Assembly (NCBI RefSeq): GCF_035497515.1
Contig: NZ_DATJDJ010000180.1
Coordinates: forward strand, 10,875-74,874
DNA: 64,000 bases
From: Pararhizobium sp.
Lineage (GTDB): Bacteria > Pseudomonadota > Alphaproteobacteria > Rhizobiales > Rhizobiaceae
Direction of reading: 5' to 3'
Shown: piece after piece, positions 42,908 to 52,281 of the stretch
How positions within the stretch are numbered: the first letter of the stretch is position 1
How the letters are laid out: every line of letters starts with the position of its first letter
The notes under the pieces: model-generated
The model's input: only the letters and a program-made list of their open reading frames with translations
The model's database searches: none
Told to the model about the DNA's origin: nothing
Translations under genes and position numbers: made by a program

Positions 42908-43942
42908 TTACAGCATGTTGCCGTCGGTGAACGCCTTGCGGTCAGCTTCGCGCTCTGCATCCGGAGCCGGAACCAGGCCGTAGGCGGCCAGCGGGCTGTC
43001 GGGGCCGACCATCTGGTCGTCGAGGAAGAACTCGACATATTCCTTCAGGCCCGGGATAACGCCGAGGTGGGCCTTCTTGACGTAGAAGAACAGCGGGCGC
43101 GAAACCGGATATTCGCCGGAAGCGATCGTTTCGCCCGACGGGACGATGCCGCTGACGGTTGCGACCTTCAGCTTGTCGGCGTTGTTTTCGTAGAAGGACA
43201 GGCCGAAGACGCCGATGCCGTTCTTGTTGGAAGCGATACGAGCGAGGGTTTCGGTGTAGTCGCCGTCGATGTCGATCGCCAGACCATCCTTACGGACAGC
43301 GATGCACTTCGCGGCAGCTTCCTTTTCGTCGGTGATCAGGGTCTTGATGATGTCGGCGGCGCCAGCGTCCTTGCAGCCGTGAGCGAGCATCTTCTCGTCG
43401 AAGACTTCGCGGGTGCCGTGCTTTTCGCCCGGGATATAAGCGGCGATTTCTACGTCCGGCAGGTCCTTGTTGACTTCCGACCACTTCTTGTAGGGGTTGG
43501 CAACGAGCTTGCCGTCAACGACGACTTCGGCAGCGAGCGCGAGGTAGAGGTCCTGCGGAACCAGCTTCAGGTCGGCATTGCCGGCGTCGGTCGCGAAGAC
43601 GATGCCGTCATAACCGATCTTGACTTCCTGGACTTCGGTGACGCCGGCTGCCTTGCAGGTTTCCAGCTCCGAGTCCTTGATCTTGCGCGAAGCGTTGGCA
43701 ACGTCGATCGTGTCCGGACCAACGCCCTTGCAGAATTCCTTCAAGCCGGCGCCGGTGCCGCCGGATTCGACGACCAGGGTCTTGAAGTCAGGAAAGGTTT
43801 CGCCAAACGTTTCGGCAACGATCTTGGCATAGGGCAGAACGGTCGAGGAACCGGCGACCTGGATCTGGTCACGGGCAACGGCCACGCCAGCAAAGGCGGC
43901 GGAAGCAACCAGAGCTGCGACGGTAAGTTTCAAAGACTTCAT
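42908..43942 (-). CDS. pstS: Phosphate-binding periplasmic protein
   Basis: Signal peptide, AGSSTV, SGGTGAG and YPVSRPLFFY motifs; first gene of the pst operon. Confidence 0.93.
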   Translation of the reverse strand: MKSLKLTVAALVASAAFAGVAVARDQIQVAGSSTVLPYAKIVAETFGETFPDFKTLVVESGGTGAGLKEFCKGVGPDTIDVANASRKIKDSELETCKAAGVTEVQEVKIGYDGIVFATDAGNADLKLVPQDLYLALAAEVVVDGKLVANPYKKWSEVNKDLPDVEIAAYIPGEKHGTREVFDEKMLAHGCKDAGAADIIKTLITDEKEAAAKCIAVRKDGLAIDIDGDYTETLARIASNKNGIGVFGLSFYENNADKLKVATVSGIVPSGETIASGEYPVSRPLFFYVKKAHLGVIPGLKEYVEFFLDDQMVGPDSPLAAYGLVPAPDAEREADRKAFTDGNML

Positions 43943-44046
43943 CAGAATTCTCCCGAAATGGGCTTGTGTGGGTGCGCTTTTGTTCAGCGCTCGCTTTCGC
44001 CGTGTCGATCGGCTGCCCTAGTTAGCGCCCGATGCCCACATCTTTT

Positions 44047-44075
44047 ATGTCAGTTTCAAGAAACATTTGTGACAG
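44047..44075 (-). promoter_or_regulatory. Pho box upstream of pstS
   Basis: Minus strand CTGTCAC-aaat-GTTTCTT-gaaa-CTGACAT, heptamers in 11-bp phase. Confidence 0.8.
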
Positions 44076-44136
44076 ATCAAGCCACTGATAATACTTCAAT
44101 ATTTTAGACGATAATTTTTTCGATGCAGGGTTTGTG

Positions 44137-45378
44137 TCAGAATCTCACGGTAAAGACCGTGCCCTTGCCGACCTCCGATTGCACCAGCAACCGGGCTCTA
44201 TGCCGCGTCAGGATATGCTTGACGATCGCGAGACCGAGGCCTGTGCCTTTCTTGGACCGGCTGGCCTCGACATTAACCCGGTAAAAACGTTCGGTGATCC
44301 GTGGAACATGTTCGGCCGGGATGCCCGGTCCGTGATCGCGGACGGACACTTCGGCCGGCTGATCGCCGCCGCCGGACAGCACGACCTCGACCTTCTTGCC
44401 CTCCTGGCCATATTTGCAGGCATTCTCGATCAGGTTTTCGAAGACTTCGGTCAGTTCGTCGCGGTCGCCCTGCACGACGATCGGTTGTTCGGGCACGACC
44501 AGCGTCACCTCGACATCCAGATCCTCCGCCAATGGCGACAGCGTATCACGCACGTGACCGAGCAACGGGCCGAGATTGATCGCCTCATCCGGAGCGATAT
44601 GGGATTTCAGCTCCAGCCGTGACAGGGACAGGAGATCATCGACGAGGCGGCTCATGCGTGTCGCCTGCTCGTGCATGATGCCGAGGAATTTCTCGTGCGC
44701 CTTGGCGTCGTTGCGCGCCGGTCCCTGCAGGGTTTCGATGAAGCCGCGCAGCGAGGCAAGCGGCGTGCGCAGTTCATGGCTGGCATTGGCGACAAAATCG
44801 GACCGCATCCGGTCGATGCGGCGTGCCTGCGATATATCGCGATAGGACAGCACATAGAGACGTCGATCGGCCGGAGACCGGATTTCGGCGGCGGCGACGC
44901 GGACGATATAGACCGCCTCGGAGGGCAGGCGTTCGGAATGTTCGATCTGGTTGGCCTTGCCGGTCGCGATCGTTTCGCGGACCATGTCAAGAATGCCGGG
45001 GGAGCGAACGCGCGCCGACAGGTCGCTATTCGGCGGAATGGTGCCAAAAGCCTTTTCCGCCGCCTGGTTCTGCAACAGCACGGTTTCATCCGCCGCCACC
45101 ACGAGGATCGGTGTATCGAGCGCATTGAAGACGCTGGCCAGAAGGCCGAGATTGTCGGTCTCGATCGGCGTCGGCGCCGCCACGGGGGGCGGCGGTCGGG
45201 GGGCGGCGGAACGACTGAGCAGCGCCGCCATCCAGACCAGCCAGAACAACAGTACGGCGGCCGCATGAACGCCCAGGACGATGGCGGTGCAGGCGGCGGC
45301 GACCGACAGGCCGATATACCACTTCTCCGACCAGGCCCTGTCCACCAAGTGCTGCCAGACTGTCTTTTTCTCTTCCAA
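44137..45378 (-). CDS. phoR: Phosphate regulon sensor kinase
   Basis: DFVANASHELRTPL, NLIENACKY, DHGPGI and GTGLGL motifs. Confidence 0.93.
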   Translation of the reverse strand: MEEKKTVWQHLVDRAWSEKWYIGLSVAAACTAIVLGVHAAAVLLFWLVWMAALLSRSAAPRPPPPVAAPTPIETDNLGLLASVFNALDTPILVVAADETVLLQNQAAEKAFGTIPPNSDLSARVRSPGILDMVRETIATGKANQIEHSERLPSEAVYIVRVAAAEIRSPADRRLYVLSYRDISQARRIDRMRSDFVANASHELRTPLASLRGFIETLQGPARNDAKAHEKFLGIMHEQATRMSRLVDDLLSLSRLELKSHIAPDEAINLGPLLGHVRDTLSPLAEDLDVEVTLVVPEQPIVVQGDRDELTEVFENLIENACKYGQEGKKVEVVLSGGGDQPAEVSVRDHGPGIPAEHVPRITERFYRVNVEASRSKKGTGLGLAIVKHILTRHRARLLVQSEVGKGTVFTVRF

Positions 45379-45525
45379 GATGCTCTCTCGTGCACGGATA
45401 CAATCAGCCGCTGATATCGGAGATTCATGACATGATTTTCACGGCATGCTTGAATTCGCAATGCAATTATGGCCTGCTCCCGTGAAATCAGCATCGGTCG
45501 AGGACGCTTTCAGCAAGGAGACATC

Positions 45526-46407
45526 ATGACGGAGACTGCAGGATACAAGCCGGTGGAACTTCTGATCAACGGCAAGCAGCGCGTTTTCGACATAGACAAT
45601 CCGGAACTGCCCTCCTGGATCGACAAGGCAGCGCTGGACTCGGGAAACTACCCGTATGACAAGAAGCTTGATGGCGACCTCTATGACGACACGCTGGAAA
45701 AGCTGCAGATCGAATTGGTAAAATTGCAGTTCTGGCTGCAGGCGACGGGCAAGCGGGTGATGGCCATCTTCGAAGGCCGGGACGCGGCCGGCAAAGGCGG
45801 CGCGATCCATGAAACGCGCGCCTATATGAACCCCCGCTCCTCCCGTGTTGTGGCGCTGACCAAACCGACCGAAACCGAACGCGGCCAGTGGTATTACCAG
45901 CGTTATGTCGCGCATTTTCCGACGGCCGGCGAATTCGTGATGTTCGATCGCTCCTGGTACAATCGCGGCGGCGTCGAGCCCGTCATGGGTTTTTGCACGC
46001 CTGAACAGCAGCGGCATTTCCTCGAGCAGACACCGCGGTTTGAAAAGCTCATCACCGCCGATGGCATTTGCCTGTTCAAGTTCTGGCTGGATATCGGCCG
46101 CGCGATGCAACTGAAGCGCTTCCACGACCGGCGCCACGATCCCTTGAAAGTCTGGAAACTGTCGCCGATGGATATCGCGGCCCTGACGAAATGGGACCTC
46201 TATACCGAGGCGCGCGACCTGATGCTGAAGGAAACCCATTCCGACCATGCGCCCTGGACGGTGGTGCGTGCCAACGACAAGCGCCGGGCACGGCTGGATC
46301 TCATCCGCCACATCCTGAAAACGCTCGACTATGACGGCAAGGACAAGGGCGCGATCGGCGAGATCGACGACAAAATCCTCGGTTTCGGTTCCGATTTCGT
46401 CAAATAG
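45526..46407 (+). CDS. ppk2: Polyphosphate kinase 2
   Basis: [19 protein letters not shown] and WKLSPMD motifs. Confidence 0.94.
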   Translation: MTETAGYKPVELLINGKQRVFDIDNPELPSWIDKAALDSGNYPYDKKLDGDLYDDTLEKLQIELVKLQFWLQATGKRVMAIFEGRDAAGKGGAIHETRAYMNPRSSRVVALTKPTETERGQWYYQRYVAHFPTAGEFVMFDRSWYNRGGVEPVMGFCTPEQQRHFLEQTPRFEKLITADGICLFKFWLDIGRAMQLKRFHDRRHDPLKVWKLSPMDIAALTKWDLYTEARDLMLKETHSDHAPWTVVRANDKRRARLDLIRHILKTLDYDGKDKGAIGEIDDKILGFGSDFVK

Positions 46408-46434
46408 GCACAAGCAGGACCGGCGACGCCGCGA

Positions 46435-47583
46435 TCACTGTCCCGGCAGGATCCGGACGGCGTAGAGGTTGAGGCTGCTGCCGGCGCCGGTCACGTCGCT
46501 GTTGATCAGGATATGGCCGGGCGAGCTTGGGGCGAGACTGCGGTCGAACGTCACCTTGAACAGCATGTCGTTCTTTTCCTCGTTGACCGTGAAGCGATGA
46601 CGGCCGCAATCGCCGAGCGAAGCGAAATCGCATTCGACGGAAAACTGGGTCTGCTTGCCGGAATCCGCCTGGACGCTGAGCGCCACCGTCGACGTCTTGC
46701 CGGAAATCTGCCCGAGCATGGCCGTCGGGATCTCGATCCGCACATTGCCATCCTGATCCGGCGAGGCCGACGTGATGCGCAGGCGTTGGCCACTTTCGTC
46801 GGTGACGGGATCGGCGGCGGCGCGGGCCTCGACCGAGACCCTGGCCATATCGGCTGGAGTGAAGACATCGACCCAGTCACCGGTGAAGCCCGACTGGGTT
46901 CCGAGCGTCTTCAGCCCTGCCCCCCCGTCAAAATCCTCGGACTGGACCGTTGATGGCGGATTGGCGACACTGGTGTCGCGCTCCGCCGCCGTTTTCAAAA
47001 GTCCGCTCGTGTCGACCCACCAGACCGCCCCCAGAAACGCCGCGCCCAATGTGGTGACGACCATGACGAAGGACAGGAAACGTCCACGCTTGCGCCGACG
47101 CGGCTTTGCCGGAGGGATAACCTTGGCGGCCTTGCCGCGCTTGCCCGTGACCTGCGGCTCTGCAGCCACAGCAGCCTCGTTCGCACGCGCGGTTGCACGG
47201 CGGTCAGGGCGCAAGCCGTCCAGCCCGCCATCGACGACGGGTTCAACCCCACCATCGAACGCAGCGGTAGACCCCTGCGGCGGCAGATGGGCACGATCGT
47301 CGAGTTCGGCCGACGGCACGCGGTTGTCGGTTTCCGGGCGCACCGGCGAGACGGTGGAAGCTTCCGCCTTCAGGGCGGTGCGCTCTTCCAGTTCGATGCC
47401 ATGGATGATGGCTTCCAGCCGGTGGCGCTGCTGCGCGATGACCTCCGGATCATGGACATCCTGCTTGCGCAGGCCGGCCTCGAGCGCATTGCGGGCCGAT
47501 TGATAGATGCGCGCTCGGGTTTCGGAACTCGTCCGGTCGGACCGTTCCAGCGCGTGCCTGATGGCAGTTTCCAGTCCGCTCAC
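46435..47583 (-). CDS. Conserved-looking single-pass membrane protein of unknown function
   Basis: N-terminal helical domain, basic patch plus TM, and a beta-rich C-terminal domain; GTG start after GGAAGGA. Confidence 0.75.
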   Translation of the reverse strand: MSGLETAIRHALERSDRTSSETRARIYQSARNALEAGLRKQDVHDPEVIAQQRHRLEAIIHGIELEERTALKAEASTVSPVRPETDNRVPSAELDDRAHLPPQGSTAAFDGGVEPVVDGGLDGLRPDRRATARANEAAVAAEPQVTGKRGKAAKVIPPAKPRRRKRGRFLSFVMVVTTLGAAFLGAVWWVDTSGLLKTAAERDTSVANPPSTVQSEDFDGGAGLKTLGTQSGFTGDWVDVFTPADMARVSVEARAAADPVTDESGQRLRITSASPDQDGNVRIEIPTAMLGQISGKTSTVALSVQADSGKQTQFSVECDFASLGDCGRHRFTVNEEKNDMLFKVTFDRSLAPSSPGHILINSDVTGAGSSLNLYAVRILPGQ

Positions 47584-47595
47584 ACTTCGTCCTTC

Positions 47596-47696
47596 CTACA
47601 GCGCCGCGCGTCGAACATGAAGCGCAAAGGTCGCTGTAACACTTTAAATATGCTGCATAATTCCTTAAATCGATTCCGATTTAAGGAATTATGCAG
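47596..47696 (-). repeat. Motif-C-like repeat, copy 4 (inverted), fused to a 20-bp-arm palindrome
   Basis: CTACAGCGCCGCGCGTC...AAAGGTCGCTGTAACACTTTAA, then CTGCATAATTCCTTAAATCG-attc-CGATTTAAGGAATTATGCAG. Confidence 0.82.
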
Positions 47697-47863
47697 TCGT
47701 GCGGGCATTGAAGCGCCGGACCAGAGCATGCCGCATATGGCGAAAAGCCGATAGAGCGCCGTGCCACCAAAATTTCCCTTCGACGTCGCGGCAGCGCGCG
47801 TCTCGGTTTCCCGATCCATAGCAGCGGAAATCCTCTTGAGAAACCGGACCGCTTTTGGATGTG

Positions 47864-47879
47864 TTAACAATTGGGTAAC
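47864..47879. promoter_or_regulatory. CtrA-box-like site
   Basis: TTAA-caattgg-GTAAC. Confidence 0.45.
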
Positions 47880-48015
47880 GGTTGAAACACCGATCTGCAA
47901 GTCTCGCGTGCCAAAGTCCCGGCCTATGCAGGGGAAAACCCGGCGGTTTCAGTGCCCGCGAGTGCCTTTGGCGGCACAAATCGCCTTTGCAAAAGAGGGA
48001 GTCGCTGCTAGTCTT

Positions 48016-48037
48016 CTTACGTTTACGAAAACGTCAA
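48016..48037. promoter_or_regulatory. LiuR-type operator
   Basis: CTTACGTTTACGAAAACGTCAA, 19/22 identical to the site at 9961-9982. Confidence 0.65.
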
Positions 48038-48060
48038 ATAATGAACCCGGGAGCGAACAC

Positions 48061-49020
48061 TTGTCCTTGCCAGCCCTTCTCAACGGCACCACCCGGCTGC
48101 CGGTCGTTGCAGCGCCGCTTTTCATCATTTCGCATCCGGCGCTGACGCTCGCCCAGTGCAAGGCCGGCGTGGTTGGCTCTTTCCCGGCGCTCAACGCCCG
48201 CCCGGAAGCGCAGCTGGACGAGTGGCTGGCCGAGATCACAGAGGAACTGGCCGCCCATAACAGCCGCAATCCGGGAAAGCCGGCGGCGCCCTTCGCCGTC
48301 AATCAGATCGTTCATAAGTCCAACAAGCGGCTCGAGCATGATCTGATGCTCTGCGTGAAATACAAGGTGCCGATCGTCATCTCGTCGCTCGGCGCCGTGC
48401 CGGAGGTCAACGCCGCTGTTCATTCCTATGGCGGCATCGTGCTGCACGACGTCATCAACAACCGCCATGCCAATTCGGCGATCCGCAAGGGGGCCGACGG
48501 CCTGATCGCGGTCGCGACCGGCGCCGGCGGCCATGCCGGCACGCTGTCGCCGTTTGCACTTGTCCAGGAAATCCGGACCTGGTTCGACGGGCCTCTTCTC
48601 CTGTCCGGCGCGATTTCCACCGGCGGCGCCATCCTTGCGGCCCAAGCGATGGGCGCCGACATGGCCTATATCGGCTCACCCTTCATCGCGACGACCGAGG
48701 CCCGCGCCAGCGACGCCTACAAGCAGATGATCGTCGACAGCAGCGCCGGCGACATCGTCTATTCCAATTATTTCACCGGCATTCACGGCAACTACCTGAA
48801 GCCCTCGATCGCCGCCACCGGCATGGATCCGGACAACCTGCCGGAAGCGGACCCGTCCAAGATGGATTTCGAATCGGCAACCACGGGCGCCAAGGCCTGG
48901 AAGGACATCTGGGGCTGCGGCCAGGGCATCGGCGCCGTCACCGAGATCGCGCCCGTCGCAACGCTTGTCGACCGGTTGGCGGGCGAATATGCGCAGGCGC
49001 GCCAGCGGCTGGCCCTCTGA
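48061..49020 (+). CDS. Nitronate monooxygenase-family flavin oxidoreductase
   Basis: AAPLFIIS, GAGGHAG and MGADMAYIGSPF motifs; TTG start after GGAG. Confidence 0.88.
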   Translation: MSLPALLNGTTRLPVVAAPLFIISHPALTLAQCKAGVVGSFPALNARPEAQLDEWLAEITEELAAHNSRNPGKPAAPFAVNQIVHKSNKRLEHDLMLCVKYKVPIVISSLGAVPEVNAAVHSYGGIVLHDVINNRHANSAIRKGADGLIAVATGAGGHAGTLSPFALVQEIRTWFDGPLLLSGAISTGGAILAAQAMGADMAYIGSPFIATTEARASDAYKQMIVDSSAGDIVYSNYFTGIHGNYLKPSIAATGMDPDNLPEADPSKMDFESATTGAKAWKDIWGCGQGIGAVTEIAPVATLVDRLAGEYAQARQRLAL

Positions 49021-49146
49021 AACCACCCCACACGGATTGTCCCGCGCTTTTTTCCTGTTCTCAAAACTTGATGGCTTGAAATTCCAACAATTTGCAGGTA
49101 TCAGCCCCTCACCCATCGTTCAGCAGCCACTGCGGAACGCATGCGG

Positions 49147-49222
49147 GCCGCTTTAGCTCAGGTGGTAGAGCACATCATTCGTAATGATGGGGTCGCAGGT
49201 TCGAGTCCTGCAAGCGGCACCA
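49147..49222 (+). tRNA. tRNA-Thr(CGT)
   Basis: GCCGCTT acceptor stem, CATCA-TT-CGT-AA-TGATG anticodon arm, GGTTCGAGTCC T-arm and CCA end. Confidence 0.96.
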
Positions 49223-49284
49223 GTTTTCCTGTGACAGAGTTATGGATATTCTCTGCTCGAAGCGCAGAATGTTCTTCGGCATGA

Positions 49285-49446
49285 CTATCCGAAGCGTTCC
49301 GCAAGAATGCCCGCAGGGGCAACAGTGCCTGTGAGCCTTCCGGTCTTCCCGGGGCCAGTCGAAGGGGCGTCGATCAAAGCGCCAATCACGATAAAACCGA
49401 CCGCGGCGAGAAAGCCGAACGCGACATATGAGAGTTTCGCAAGCAT
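49285..49446 (-). CDS. Small membrane protein, 53 aa (below ORF-track cutoff)
   Basis: MLAKLSYVAFGFLAAVGFIVIGALIDAPSTGPGKTGRLTGTVAPAGILAERFG; AGGAG SD; N-terminal TM. Confidence 0.55.
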   Translation of the reverse strand: MLAKLSYVAFGFLAAVGFIVIGALIDAPSTGPGKTGRLTGTVAPAGILAERFG

Positions 49447-49584
49447 CGGATGAACTCCTGTTTCGCTGCGGGCTCAAACGCGGATTTCCCACAAGAGTTC
49501 CAGGCTTTCGGCCGCGATCGATAAATTGATGCTTTCATCGCCTGATCACCATGCAACGGACGCGCGGCAACAACCGCGAACGTA

Positions 49585-49620
49585 GCAAAGGACCCGGCCA
49601 GATCTGGCCGGGTCCTTTGC
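49585..49620. terminator. Perfect 36-bp palindrome downstream of the DUF992 gene
   Basis: GCAAAGGACCCGGCCAGA/TCTGGCCGGGTCCTTTGC. Confidence 0.6.
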
Positions 49621-49662
49621 GGGTGCGCGCAAACAGCCCTTCGCCGACGGAGGGCGGCCGTA

Positions 49663-50196
49663 TCAGTTCACGGCGGTGAGCGTCATCGATGCGCCGCCGG
49701 CCGCAAGGTTGAGGCCGACCTGGCCGGTGACGCTGATCGTCTGCAGGTGGATCGACCCCGACGTGCCTCCGACCAGGACATTGGCGCCGATGCCCGCACC
49801 GATGGTCGCTTCGGCGCTGGCGCCCTGATAGAGGCCGCTCAGCGAACCCTGGTGATAGCCGGCGGTCGGCGCCAGCACCGCCCAGACGAGCTTGCTCCTG
49901 GTGGTGAAGCCGAGATCGACGCCCATCTTGCGGATCGCGCCCGTATAGTGATCCGTGCGTTCAGCGCCGACGGTGGAGCTAAAGGTGCAATCCACTTCCT
50001 TGGCCGAACCGAGCACGTAACCGGCACCGCCGCCGACCTCGCAGGTCAGATAACCGATCTTTACGCCGCCGCGCGCATCGGATTCTTCATAGGTCGGCGC
50101 CGGAGCACCTTCGACGGGATCGGCCGCCATCACGGCGGACGTGCCGCCTGCAAGGAGCGTGGCCGCGGTGAGCGCCATGGCAAACGTATTCTTCAT
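49663..50196 (-). CDS. DUF992-family exported protein
   Basis: Signal peptide; GYLTC..GS.K..C.F, LVWAVLAP and GANVLVGG motifs. Confidence 0.85.
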   Translation of the reverse strand: MKNTFAMALTAATLLAGGTSAVMAADPVEGAPAPTYEESDARGGVKIGYLTCEVGGGAGYVLGSAKEVDCTFSSTVGAERTDHYTGAIRKMGVDLGFTTRSKLVWAVLAPTAGYHQGSLSGLYQGASAEATIGAGIGANVLVGGTSGSIHLQTISVTGQVGLNLAAGGASMTLTAVN

Positions 50197-50530
50197 GTTG
50201 TCTTCCTTCTAAAACCGTGACCGTGCATGCCTTCGGTCGAACAACCGGCACATTGACCGGCAGGGAGCGGCCGGGACCTTGCCTGTCGGCGTCCTCGACG
50301 CTCCAAGCGGGGAACGCGCAGGGAAGCAGGCCGTTCCACAGTTCAACTGCCATTGGGACATTTCAAAGGCACCCCGCCGCAAGCCAACCCGGGTCACCAA
50401 TGGCTGGCCACCGGGGCGGCAAATGCGCAACAGGCGCGGCCGGGCGGAAAAACGGCCTCAAGCCCCGGACAAGCGATGCACCCTACTCTCTCCTCTGCCG
50501 GCATGAGGCCGGTCAGGAAAGGACAATGAT

Positions 50531-50692
50531 ATGTCGAACATCGTCGAATATATGCCGAGCGCCCAGGATGTGGCCATCACCCTGCTGCTACAGGGCGACA
50601 ATGGCGACAAGCTCACCGACATTCTCGTCGATGCGCTCGACGAAGCCTTCCGGATTCTGCAAGAGGAAATCACGTCCTATCCGCTGAACTAG
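50531..50692 (+). CDS. Small acidic protein, 53 aa (below ORF-track cutoff)
   Basis: MSNIVEYMPSAQDVAITLLLQGDNGDKLTDILVDALDEAFRILQEEITSYPLN; AAGGA SD; GC-rich third codon positions. Confidence 0.65.
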   Translation: MSNIVEYMPSAQDVAITLLLQGDNGDKLTDILVDALDEAFRILQEEITSYPLN

Positions 50693-50963
50693 GCGTACAA
50701 GGCAACCCGCCCCTTCATTCGTCACCGCCGTGCTCGTTCTTTTTTCGGGACGGCGCGAATCATCGACCGGATTTTGCGTCGAAGGTGAAGCGGTCTCTCC
50801 TCCCGATCAAAAACTGTCGTCAATCCGCGCTATGATGCCCTATCGGTTCCGCCCGGCGACGCCGGACCGCGTCAAACATGGTTAATTTTTTAACTATTTC
50901 TGACCTATCAGCGGAACGGATTCGGCGGATGGGCCGTTGATGCGAAAAACGGGAGGGCCTTTG

Positions 50964-51152
50964 ATGATCTTCAACCTGCTCAAGTCCAGACGTGAAGAAA
51001 CGACCGACACCGGCACATTTGCCGATGGCGCCTTCGAGTTCCCCGAAATCGAGGTCAGGTCCGTTTCACGGCGCCTGCGTGGGCATGTTGCCCACCAGCG
51101 CGACTATGGCAGCGACCGGACAATCGCACCGCTGCCTGCCGGTTTCGCCTGA
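50964..51152 (+). CDS. Small hypothetical protein, 62 aa
   Basis: GGAGG SD; host-like codon use. Confidence 0.55.
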   Translation: MIFNLLKSRREETTDTGTFADGAFEFPEIEVRSVSRRLRGHVAHQRDYGSDRTIAPLPAGFA

Positions 51153-51185
51153 GGGAAATCCGGCAGCGCTTGATGTGCCGTGCGC

Positions 51186-52013
51186 TCAAGCGCGCGGCTT
51201 CAGCTTCATGTGACGGTTGACGTCCTTGTAGAGCAGGTAACGAAACTTGCCGGGGCCGCCAGCATAGCAGGCCTGCGGGCAGAAGGCGCGTAGCCACATA
51301 TAGTCGCCGGCCTCAACTTCCACCCAATCCTGATTGAGCCGATAGACGGCCTTGCCCTCCAGAACGTAGAGCCCGTGTTCCATGACATGGGTTTCAGCGA
51401 ACGGGATGATCGCGCCGGGCTCGAAGGTGACGATCGTCACATGCATGTCGTGGCGCAGGTCGTTGGGATCGACAAAGCGGGTCGTCGCCCATTTGCCTTC
51501 GGTGCCGGCCATCGGCGACGGGGCGATATCCGCTTCGTTGAGGAACAGCGGCGTCGGATGATCCAGTCCCTCGACAGCCTCGTAGGCCTTGCGGATCCAG
51601 TGGAAACGAACGGTCTCATTGCTGGTATTGCGCACCGACCATTTGCTCGCCGGCGGAATGAAGGCATAGCCGCCCGGCGTCATGCGGTGGGCCTCGCCAT
51701 CCAGCGTCACCGTCAGTTCGCCCTCGACGATGAAAAGCACGCCTTCGGCACCGGCATCGAGCTCCGGCCGGTCGCTGCCGCCGCCGGGGCTGACTTCCAT
51801 GATATATTGCGAGAAGGTCTCGGCGAAACCGGAGAGCGGACGCGACAGAATCCAGAGCCGCGTCTTGTCCCAGAACGGCAGAAAGCTGGTGACGATATCC
51901 ATCATCACGCCCTTGGGGATGACGGCATAAGCCTCGGTGAAGACGGCGCGATCGGTCAGCAACTGCGTCTGCGGCGGGTTGCCGCCCGTCGGGGCGTAAT
52001 ATGTGCGGTTCAT
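51186..52013 (-). CDS. allE: (S)-ureidoglycine aminohydrolase (bicupin)
   Basis: FAETFSQY, ETHVMEHGLYVLEG and YLLYKDVNRH motifs. Confidence 0.88.
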   Translation of the reverse strand: MNRTYYAPTGGNPPQTQLLTDRAVFTEAYAVIPKGVMMDIVTSFLPFWDKTRLWILSRPLSGFAETFSQYIMEVSPGGGSDRPELDAGAEGVLFIVEGELTVTLDGEAHRMTPGGYAFIPPASKWSVRNTSNETVRFHWIRKAYEAVEGLDHPTPLFLNEADIAPSPMAGTEGKWATTRFVDPNDLRHDMHVTIVTFEPGAIIPFAETHVMEHGLYVLEGKAVYRLNQDWVEVEAGDYMWLRAFCPQACYAGGPGKFRYLLYKDVNRHMKLKPRA

Positions 52014-52281
52014 CTGCGTTCCTGAGCTTTTCGAACTGGGACTTTCGACCGGCAGGTCTTTCCGGCACGTTTGCCGGTCGGTGTTCGGAAATCATTAGCG
52101 CAACCCGGGGCGCAGATCACGTGGCAATTCCCCTCCGTTTCCGGATTCAGTTTCGTCTATTGCGGGGAAATCAAATCGGCGGCTTCGTTTCCAAGCCGGT
52201 GCCTGTTGTGTCCGCGGACGAACCCTACCGATGTTGGAACGGCGAGGCAGGTTACATGGCGGAACGGTGACCCCGTCTTCC

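Noticed and set aside
45420-45450. Pho box between phoR and ppk2
   Set aside because: Only weak heptamer matches without convincing 11-bp phasing.
47761-48060. N-terminal extensions in the ORF track (also podJ, fadD, pyrE, S24, mntH, hslO)
   Set aside because: The extensions cover promoter or operator DNA; downstream starts have SD sequences and match family N-termini.
49175-49492. 105-aa minus-strand ORF
   Set aside because: It runs antisense through tRNA-Thr; the 53-aa ORF in another frame has a better SD and composition.
52045-52085. Hairpin upstream of allE as a purine or guanidine riboswitch
   Set aside because: It is a single stem with no recognisable aptamer consensus.
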